From: an uncultured Clostridia bacterium
GTDB taxonomy: Bacteria > Bacillota > Clostridia > Monoglobales > Firm-18
Assembly (NCBI GenBank): GCA_937914775.1
Contig: CALDNB010000023.1
Span: 1-47,643, forward strand
Reading direction: 5' to 3'
DNA length: 47,643 nt
A program made the position numbers and the translations under genes. Of this stretch, positions 33,847 to 42,800 are shown in pieces. Each line of letters begins with the position of its first letter. Position 1 is the first letter of the stretch. Below the pieces are notes generated by a model that saw only the letters and a program-made list of their open reading frames with translations, did not search any database and had not been told where the DNA came from.

Positions 33847-34746
33847 ATGAATAAAACATTTGGAGTTATACCGGAATATGTAAGCCACACACGGAACTAT
33901 GATTACGAGATGGTATGCGGTGCAAGTGGTACGGACTTCCCGGAAGAGTATGAAATACCGAGAGATAACACAGGCACGCTGAAAAATCAAGGCGGTGTAG
34001 GTGCCTGTGCGGCAGAAACAATTGCACAGATTGCAGAAAGTTTCTACCAGGAAGAGATGTCAGAGGGTTACATATACACTGAGTTCAGAGAGCCAACCTT
34101 AACCTGCGCCGGTTTAATCGTCTCAAAGGCAATGGATTTCTGGACTTCCATCGGCACATTACCCAAAAAGTATTTTGATTTACTTGGTGAGATGCCCGAA
34201 TTTAAGCAAATTACCAACAATTTTCCAGAATTGCACAAATTTGCATCAAAGCATAAATTAAAAGGTTATGCATCAATTGGCTATGCAGACAAAACAAGAA
34301 GGGACAATGCCATTAAAGATGCCCTTACAAAGTTCAAGCGTGGCTTAGTAGCGGTATCAAACGAATATTTTGGCGGCAGTCATTGTATTGTGTTAACGGG
34401 ATGGAATGACAAAAAAGACAAATATAAAATCAAAAATTCGTGGGGTAAGACCTACGGAGACAACGGCTTTGCAGAAATACCTAAGAGTGCAATTAATGCC
34501 GTGTACGTTCCATTTTTTGAGGATATTATGTTACCGTTTACCGATGTTAAGGAAACAGACTGGTTTTTCAAAGATGTTAAGGCAATGTATTTTGCCGAGA
34601 TGATGAAAGGAACAAGCGACACAACCTTTGAGCCGGACAAACCTATGACAAGGGCAGAAATGGCTACATTAACAAACAGAATACTCAAGTTAATTGACGA
34701 AAGATTTGATATTTTCAACAGAGTTATGGCAGAAAAGTTAAAGTAG
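33847..34746 (+). CDS. papain-family (C1) cysteine peptidase fused to an SLH domain
   Basis: QGGVGACAAE (Cys), GGSHCIVLTGW (His) and YKIKNSWG (Asn-Ser-Trp). C-terminal SLH: FTDVKETDWFFKDV..GTSDTTFEPDKPMTRAEMATL. Confidence 0.8.
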   Translation: MNKTFGVIPEYVSHTRNYDYEMVCGASGTDFPEEYEIPRDNTGTLKNQGGVGACAAETIAQIAESFYQEEMSEGYIYTEFREPTLTCAGLIVSKAMDFWTSIGTLPKKYFDLLGEMPEFKQITNNFPELHKFASKHKLKGYASIGYADKTRRDNAIKDALTKFKRGLVAVSNEYFGGSHCIVLTGWNDKKDKYKIKNSWGKTYGDNGFAEIPKSAINAVYVPFFEDIMLPFTDVKETDWFFKDVKAMYFAEMMKGTSDTTFEPDKPMTRAEMATLTNRILKLIDERFDIFNRVMAEKLK

Positions 34747-34754
34747 GGGTTAAT

Positions 34755-35387
34755 ATGGAATTTACAAACATACCAAATCAGTTACTTAAAGGTGCGTTAA
34801 CGCCTCTTGTTTTATCAAAAGTTGATACCATAGTTTTACATCACATGGCACATCCTATAGCTGACGTTAAAATGGTGGAAAATTGGCACGTTAACGGGAA
34901 CGGCTGGTGTGCCATCGGATACAACTACTGGATTGGCTTTGACGGGAAGATTTACAAAGGCAGAGGCCTTAACAAAGGTGCTGCTGTTGAAAATCACAAC
35001 AGTCACATTATATCAATTGGTTTTCAGGGGGACTACAGTCAGAATTTCGCCTCGATGCCGGACAGTCAGTTTAATTCCGGTATTGACCTGATTTTATGGC
35101 TGAAAAGCAAAATACCGGGTGCAAAATCGATTGTGGGCCACAAGCATTTTGGCGGCACGATTTGTCCCGGACAATATTTTCCTTTAGAGGAAATGAAAAC
35201 ATTAAAGAAAAGAGATGTTTTTATGTACAACACATTAGAGGAGTGTCCGTCATGGGCGCAACCTACAATAAAAAAATTAATCAGCAAAGGTTACCTTAAA
35301 GGAAACGAAAAAGGTGAACTGGAGTTGAATTATACTATGTTAAAAATACTTGTAATTAACGACAGAGCAGGTATTTACGATTTATAA
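34755..35387 (+). CDS. N-acetylmuramoyl-L-alanine amidase endolysin (Amidase_2/PGRP type)
   Basis: IVLHHMAH, GYNYWIGFDGKIYKGRG, GHKHFGGTICPG. The C-terminal ~50 aa look like a wall-binding segment resembling half an SLH domain. Confidence 0.85.
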   Translation: MEFTNIPNQLLKGALTPLVLSKVDTIVLHHMAHPIADVKMVENWHVNGNGWCAIGYNYWIGFDGKIYKGRGLNKGAAVENHNSHIISIGFQGDYSQNFASMPDSQFNSGIDLILWLKSKIPGAKSIVGHKHFGGTICPGQYFPLEEMKTLKKRDVFMYNTLEECPSWAQPTIKKLISKGYLKGNEKGELELNYTMLKILVINDRAGIYDL

Positions 35388-35401
35388 GGAGGAAAAACAC
35401 T

Positions 35402-35791
35402 ATGTCAAAAGTAATTATTGCGATTAAAGTCGGTTTTACCGCAATTGTCGGCGGATTATCAGTTTTATTAGGCGGTTTTGATGCTTTAATTATCTGTTTA
35501 TGCTCTCTGGTGATTTTCGACTACATAACAGGCGTTTTTTGCGGAATTATCCAAAAGAAACTGAACAGCAGGACGGGGTTTATAGGCATTATCAAAAAAG
35601 TCTGTATTTTTTTAGTAGTTGCCGTTGCAAACAGCATTGGTGATATTACAGGCATAAGCGGACTTCGTGACATTGCCGTTTCATTCTACATAGCCAATGA
35701 GGGCATATCAATAATCGAAAATTTAGGTATCATAGGCGTACCTTTACCTAAAAAATTAATAGAAATACTTGAACAGTTAAAAAACAAATAG
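35402..35791 (+). CDS. holin (holin_4_1 / TcdE-like family)
   Basis: 129 aa, three or four TM segments. FDYITG..KLNS..G..G..KK..F and ANEGISIIENL. Confidence 0.8.
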   Translation: MSKVIIAIKVGFTAIVGGLSVLLGGFDALIICLCSLVIFDYITGVFCGIIQKKLNSRTGFIGIIKKVCIFLVVAVANSIGDITGISGLRDIAVSFYIANEGISIIENLGIIGVPLPKKLIEILEQLKNK

Positions 35792-35803
35792 GAGGGGTGT
35801 TTT

Positions 35804-36862
35804 ATGGCTATTTATGATATGTCACAAAATGATTTGTATACGTATGCTAACAACAAAAGGATTGCAGAGACCACGGACGTAAATTCGGCGGAATACGGAA
35901 GAGCAACGGCTGAAAACCAAAATCTTCGTAATATTTACGGTATCGAGTCCGACGACTACAATTACGAAGCATTTTCAAAGAAATACATTGCCGGCGGACT
36001 TAAAGACCAGTCAAACAAGTATTTAAAGCGTTTAGACAGTGGCTACAAATCAAAATACGGTGACCAGTTACGGTCCGATGCGGCAGCGATAAGAAATTTT
36101 ACTTACAATCCCAACAGTGACCCGAATTTTAAAGTGTATGCTGATATGTATGCACGTCAGGGCAAGGCGGCGCAGGGTCAGACGTTATCAGAGTTGACGG
36201 GTATATCGGGAGGCAGGAACAACAGTTGGGCTTCTGCTGCAGTTGGTCAGGTAGGACAGGCATACGCCCAGAAGACAGCGGATATGATTCCGCAGTTGGC
36301 AGAACAGGCGTACAACAAGTTATTACAGAATTACAACCTGACAAGAGACCTGGAGGAAACTGATTATCAGCGCTTCAATGACAATTTCAACAGAAACAAA
36401 CTCCTTGCCGATTCTTTCTACGACAGATACAACACTGAGTATGACAGGATAAACAACGATTTAGACCGGTGGCGCCAGAACAAATACAACGACCTGGCAT
36501 ACGCTTCCCAGATGTTACAGTATGAACTTGACAAGCAGTATTTATCACCTGAAAGGCAGTTGGCTCTTGAGCAGTTAAAGCAGCAGGTGGAAAGCGGAAA
36601 GTTGTCAAATCAGCAGTTGAAAATTGCCCTTAAGTATCTTGATGACGGTTATTCTTTAGACAATGCCATTAAGAGAGCGCAGTTGGAAAATTTTAATAAG
36701 GGGTCAGGACCAGATGGTGGACCTGGCCCCGGATATGACGGAACAGATATAGCTGCTTATTTAGCATGGCTGAACTCTATGGATGAAAAGGCAAAAAAAG
36801 ACGACGAAATGCTTTATAAGATTGACAACAGAAACTATCTTGTTCAGGACCTTTGGAAATAG
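35804..36862 (+). CDS. 352-aa Q/N/Y-rich protein, internal-virion candidate
   Basis: AGGAGGGG RBS. No recognisable motif. Paired with the giant ORF. Confidence 0.5.
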   Translation: MAIYDMSQNDLYTYANNKRIAETTDVNSAEYGRATAENQNLRNIYGIESDDYNYEAFSKKYIAGGLKDQSNKYLKRLDSGYKSKYGDQLRSDAAAIRNFTYNPNSDPNFKVYADMYARQGKAAQGQTLSELTGISGGRNNSWASAAVGQVGQAYAQKTADMIPQLAEQAYNKLLQNYNLTRDLEETDYQRFNDNFNRNKLLADSFYDRYNTEYDRINNDLDRWRQNKYNDLAYASQMLQYELDKQYLSPERQLALEQLKQQVESGKLSNQQLKIALKYLDDGYSLDNAIKRAQLENFNKGSGPDGGPGPGYDGTDIAAYLAWLNSMDEKAKKDDEMLYKIDNRNYLVQDLWK

Positions 36863-36874
36863 GAGGATAAATCT

Positions 36875-39800
36875 ATGGCAATTGATTACGAAAAAACGTT
36901 AAGGGCGGCATATTTGCCGTCCCTTGACGGTAAATTACCTTCTCAAAAGCAGGAGGATATATACAAGTTTGACGGGAAATTTACTCCGTATCTTACTCCG
37001 GAACAAAAGGAAAAACAGGAGGAAATACAAAGGTATTATGAAAATATTATCAAAAAGCAACAGTTGACGGAGCCACAGGATAATACTTATAAGTTTGACG
37101 GCATTTTTACCAAAGAACAAAAGAAAATGCGTGATTTATTAAAAGCCCTTTTTACAGAAACAGAAAAAGAACGTGCCAAAGCGGAGAAGGAAAAATTTGA
37201 AAAGGACGCACTTCAGCGCGAAAAAACAAGAATTACCCGTAATGCTGATTTTGAAAAGTTATCAAAGTTTGATGACACCAAAGACTACAGCACAGAGGAT
37301 ATTTATTTTCTTGTTAATAATCCATCCCACGCAGACAAAGCAATACATTTAGACGGCAGATATAAAGATATTATAAAAAATATGGACGATATCGAAAGAA
37401 GAACATTTACATACCATGCAAACAAGCATGGCTCAGATAGAGCAACACAATATTTTTTGGGTCTTGAGCCAACGATAAAAGAACGTATGGCAAACGGTGA
37501 GCATTACCAGGAATATTATTCTGACCTTAATCAGGAAATTAAGGACATGGAAAGGGTAAGACAAGCCACCGATTTTGACCAGTACAAGAACGTGGCAGAG
37601 GGAGAACTTGACGTATTAGGTTTGGTGTATTCTAAAAACAAGGGCATTCCCGGCAATGGAGATTTTGAGAAAATAGCCAATTTTATGGAGCCATACGAAA
37701 AAGAAACCTATAACTATTATTTTCATAAATTTGGCGAAGAATCTGCTCTTAATTACTACAAATTAATTGAAAGAAAGATAAACCAAAGGCAGGCAGAATA
37801 TAAATCAAAACAGACTACTGAATTTGCCGAAGAACATCCTGTTCTTGCAGATGTTAGTTATCCAATTGCTTCTCTTGGTAATTTTGCAGGTCTTTTAGCA
37901 ACTGCAGGTCAAAACATCAAAAACAACGTCACCGGTAAAGACGTTCCTGTTGACATTAACAGCAGAGCATTCAGCACCGTCAGGTACAGAAACGACGTTC
38001 AACAGTCATTGACAGAGGGCAAAAGCGGTCTTGAACAGTTATTAATAAGCACCGGTTTATCTATAGGAGATATGATGGTAGCATTGCCTTTTGGTGCCTC
38101 TGCAGGTGCCGCTATTCTTGGTAGTAATGCGGCATCACACACTGCGTATGATGTTATGGAACGTGGCGGCTCAACGGCACAAGCATTAGGGCTTGGTATT
38201 GCTGCAGGTGTTACAGAGTATATAACAGAAAAAATTCCCCTTGAAAATATATTCAAACTTGCTAAAGGTCCAAAACTTACATTTACCAAAAAAGTAATTA
38301 ATGTTTTAAAACAGTCAGGAATGGAAGGTACGGAAGAATTTATAAGCGAAATCGCCAATAATGTATATGACGATTTAATTATGGGCGAGAAATCCAACTT
38401 CAACGTTACTAAAAACAAATATATTGAAATGGGCTATTCAGAAGTCGAGGCATCTCTAAAAGCATTTACAGATTGTTATGTTGTTAATCCCCTTATGGCT
38501 TTTGCAGGCGGCGCTATCTCCGGTGGTGTAATGGGTACCGGCGGTGTTACTGTGTCGGATTTTAAACAAAACATGATGACGAAAACCGAAAAAGATGTTT
38601 CAAAAATTGTAAGAAATGCGGTTGTACCGTCAACTGAGCCGTCTTCGAAGCAGGTGACACCTGCGCAGACTGACAATAAGGTTATATCAACTGAGATGTC
38701 TGATGTTGGGAAAGCGGCAGAGATGAAACAAAATAATGAAAATGTTGCATCTGATAATGGAAATGTTGAAAAAAGTACAAAGCCACTGACTATTGAACAA
38801 AAAATCAGGGCTTTTCTTAAAAGTGAAAACAAAAGAGTTTCAACTGCCACAGGAAAAACACTTACAGAAGATGCTTTTTCCATAGTAGAGCCAACAACAA
38901 GAAAACAGAAAAATCTTGTTAAGGACTGCGCATCTCTTGGCATCGAAGTCAGGTACATCAAGACACAAAACAATGATATTATTGGAACATCTCACAACAT
39001 CAACGGCGCATACAGAGACGGGGTTATTTACATTAACGAAGATGCACAAAATCCATACAGGGTTGTTCTTGGCCACGAAGTGACACATCAGATTAAAGTT
39101 ACAGACGTTAAGGCATACAATGCTTTAGAAGACATTGCAAGGAAGCACATCGGGGAAAGTTTTGATAATTTAACGCTGGACAAGCAAGAGGAAGCGGTTG
39201 CAGACTTTGTAGGTGCTGTTATGGACAATCCAAGAGCGTACAAGAGTGTGTTCCAACAGAACAGAAACTTATTACAGCGCTTCATCGAGGCGGTTGACAG
39301 TATCATTGGCAAATTCAGAGGCACTGAAACATACAACGACGACCTGGGCAAAATGCTTGATGACACCAAAGCGGAACTTACGGGTGAGGATGTAGGTGAG
39401 ACGAAGTATAATTATAGTTTAGATTTTGGTCAGCAACTACAAGATTGGTTTGATGGTCAAGGTAAAAAATACGGAACATATAACGGGGAATATTTTGATT
39501 TTGGCACTACTCCTGATAAATTAATTAAACATGGTGCTTCAAAAAACAAAACCATTATTACAGAGAATTGTATTATTAAGGTAACTGGAGGAAAACATTC
39601 GATAAGTATTGATGAACTGAAAAAGTTACCGTTTGAATTAAATGACCCTGTTTTATTGTTCAAGAGTACTTATAAAGATAAGTTCGGAAATTCAAAAAAA
39701 GCTTTTGTTGCTTTGACAGAATTAAAAGACAAATCTGGTAATGATGTAATTGCTGCTATTCACATCAACGTATCGCATGGTCATAATATTGTTGATAGAA

Positions 39801-42800
39801 TCTCAAGTATTTATAGCAAATCAGATGAATTTGGAAACAATAAAATTCTTGAATATGTTAACACACAAATAGGTCTTGGGAATCTTTGCGATGGAAACAT
39901 AAAAAAAGCATCGAATTGGTTTACGACTAAAGGGCTCCAATTGCCCAACGTGGTTCAAACCATAATCGATGCTAACAATATGGTATCACAAGATGAACCA
40001 ATTGTCAATAACAATTATATGCAGGATGGGGAAAATGATACACAAGGCACCACAAAACATTCCAGAATGACCGAGAAAGCAAACAAATTACAAAGAAAAG
40101 ACCCAACCAAACTTACCGAAAATGATTTTAGAGAATTATTAGATTCTTCAAAAAGGAAAGTATTTTCTGATAATACATATATTCCTGCAAGGACAAATAC
40201 TCCTCAGATTTTAATTGATTTTGCTAAGGAATTGGGGTATATACTTGAAAATCATCCTTTGGCTATGAGTGTTTACAAGACACGTCAAGCTTTATCTAAC
40301 GAACAAGAATGGGACGGTTATTTTCATGATAAGCCGCACAATTTGACGTCTGATGAAATCATAGACATTATTAAGGGAATGGATAATCCGTCATACTTAG
40401 TTTTTCAAACTCAAAATGAGAGATTTGCCGAAATTGTTAAGTTTACAAAAGACGGCGGGAATGCAAAGGCTTACGCAATTATAGATTTTTTTGATATTGA
40501 TAAGAACCCTGAATATATGAATGGATATAATGGTGGCAAATATAACATTTTAGTAACTATTTATCCATCAGATGATTCATTGGAATTAAAACAGTATTTA
40601 AATAATAAAAATAATATTGTTTTAACTGGAGATGAAATAAAAAAGAAAACCTCATCACAAAGAGGTTCGGGCAGCTTTGTGCCGTCGCATTTAAATGACT
40701 TGGCTTTCTATAATGATAGTATAACCAATCCTGAAGAAAAAGTCAAGGATGAAATTTCTGACACCACAAAACATTCCAGAATGACCGAGAATGCTGACAC
40801 AAGCGCTGCGTCAGAGCAGCAGAGTAATGTTATTGACAGCAATTCAAAGGTTAACAATTACCTGCGGAGAGCGAGAACGATGTTTGTTAACGATGTTGAA
40901 GAGTTAATGAACATACCAAAAGTGCTAAAAAACAACGATTTAAAGCAGGTATTTAATCAACTGTGGAATGAGTACAAGGAAAGTGGGAAAATCGCTCCTG
41001 ATTCGTTTAACAAGGTATTTGATATGCTTTACGAGAACGGAAAGGCAATCAGCACAGAGTTCTACGAGCAATACAAGGACTTAAAAGCAGACATCCGAAA
41101 CACACATTTCCGTATTACTGATGACATTAAGAGTTCTATTCCTGATTTTGAGCAATTCAGAAGAAGAAACATCAGTACATTCAAAACTGCGGCAGACGGA
41201 GTGTCAGTTGATTCGTATTACGAGGAATTATCGGCATCTTATCCTGATTTATTCCCGGAAGACATAATTGCACCTGCAGACAGGTTATTACGAATTGCAG
41301 AGGTTGCAAAGAGCATAAAGCCACAGGAAGACGGTTTTGACACGTTCTCTCCCGAATACAAGGACCACATACGCCAACAGTTTGAAAATTCTTTTTCAAA
41401 GGTGACAGACCAGTTCCACTGGGCCAAACGTTATCTTGACGACAAGGTATCAGTTGATAGTGAGGAAGACGTTGTATATACTGCGGAGCAGGTTGAACAA
41501 TTATACAAACAAAAAACGTTACAAGAACTTGTAGTAGAAAAACTAAAAGACAACGAGTTATTGACAGAAAAGGACGAAACAACGGCAGAGCGTCTTGCAA
41601 AGGGAGAAATTACTGTTGATGAAATTCCAAAAGATTGTTGGCGTGAGGGTGTTATTGAGTTAGGAAATGCACAGAAGGAGTTATTTGATACCGAAAGAAG
41701 CATCAGTAAACACAATGACGGAATAAAGGCAATGTACAGAGCAGAAGCGGAAGCGTTAATTGAAAGTTCTGACGACTGGAAAGACAGCAAGGCAATGTTT
41801 AAGTTTACTCTTTTAACTCCTGAGCGTATTATTCGTTCTATTGTTAAAAACGAGGATGTTGCAAACAGAATAATCAACAAGTTTTTCGTTCCAATAGGTA
41901 AAGCCAACGCAAAAACTGTTAAATTCATCAACGGTTATGCAAAAAGAGTTGATGCGCTTAAGTTAACAAAGGAAGAAAGTGAAGCAGTACAATTTATCGG
42001 AGAAAAGCAGGCATCTATAACAAACGAAAATGATGCTGCAAAAAAAGAGGAACTTACAAAGGAACTGGAAGATTTCTTTTTGGAGCACAAAAACCTTGAT
42101 ATGAAAAAAATAAATTTTGCAATTAAGGAGTTCCGTGCTATTTACAATGACATATTTAAGCAGATAAATGATGTTTTAATTGCAAATGGTTACGGCCCGA
42201 TTGAGTACAGAAAAGACTATTTTCCGCATTTCACGGAAGATGACAGCAATTTATTGAACAAAATTGCAAAAGTTATAGGTGTTGACACTTCTGTTACAGA
42301 GTTACCTGCAGATTTAACAGGCAAAACTGCTGCCTTCAGACCAGGGAAGACCTTTTTCCAGAATGCTTTGCAGAGAAAAGGTAATACAACAACATTTGAT
42401 GCAGTGGAAGGATTTAACAGATATATTAAAGGCGCTGCAGATGTTATTTTTCAAACAGAAAATATTCAGCGCTTAAGAGCACTTGACAACGCCATCAGGT
42501 ACAAATATTCGAAAAAAGGTGTCCAGGAAGCAATCAAGAAAATTGAAGAAGACCCTTTTATTGCGTTTGAGGATAAAAAATCACGTATTGATGACCTTAC
42601 AACAAAGAACTTATCAAAGCACAACGGTCTTGTAAACTGGCTTACAGAATATACTAATGTTCTTGCAAACAAGAAATCCTATGCGGATAGGCCTGACGAA
42701 AAGAATTTCGGCAGAACTCTTACATATCGGCTTTCCCTTTGGTGGCAGAAAAATTATGCTGTAAACATGGTGTTACACAATGTTTCGAGTGCTTTATCAA

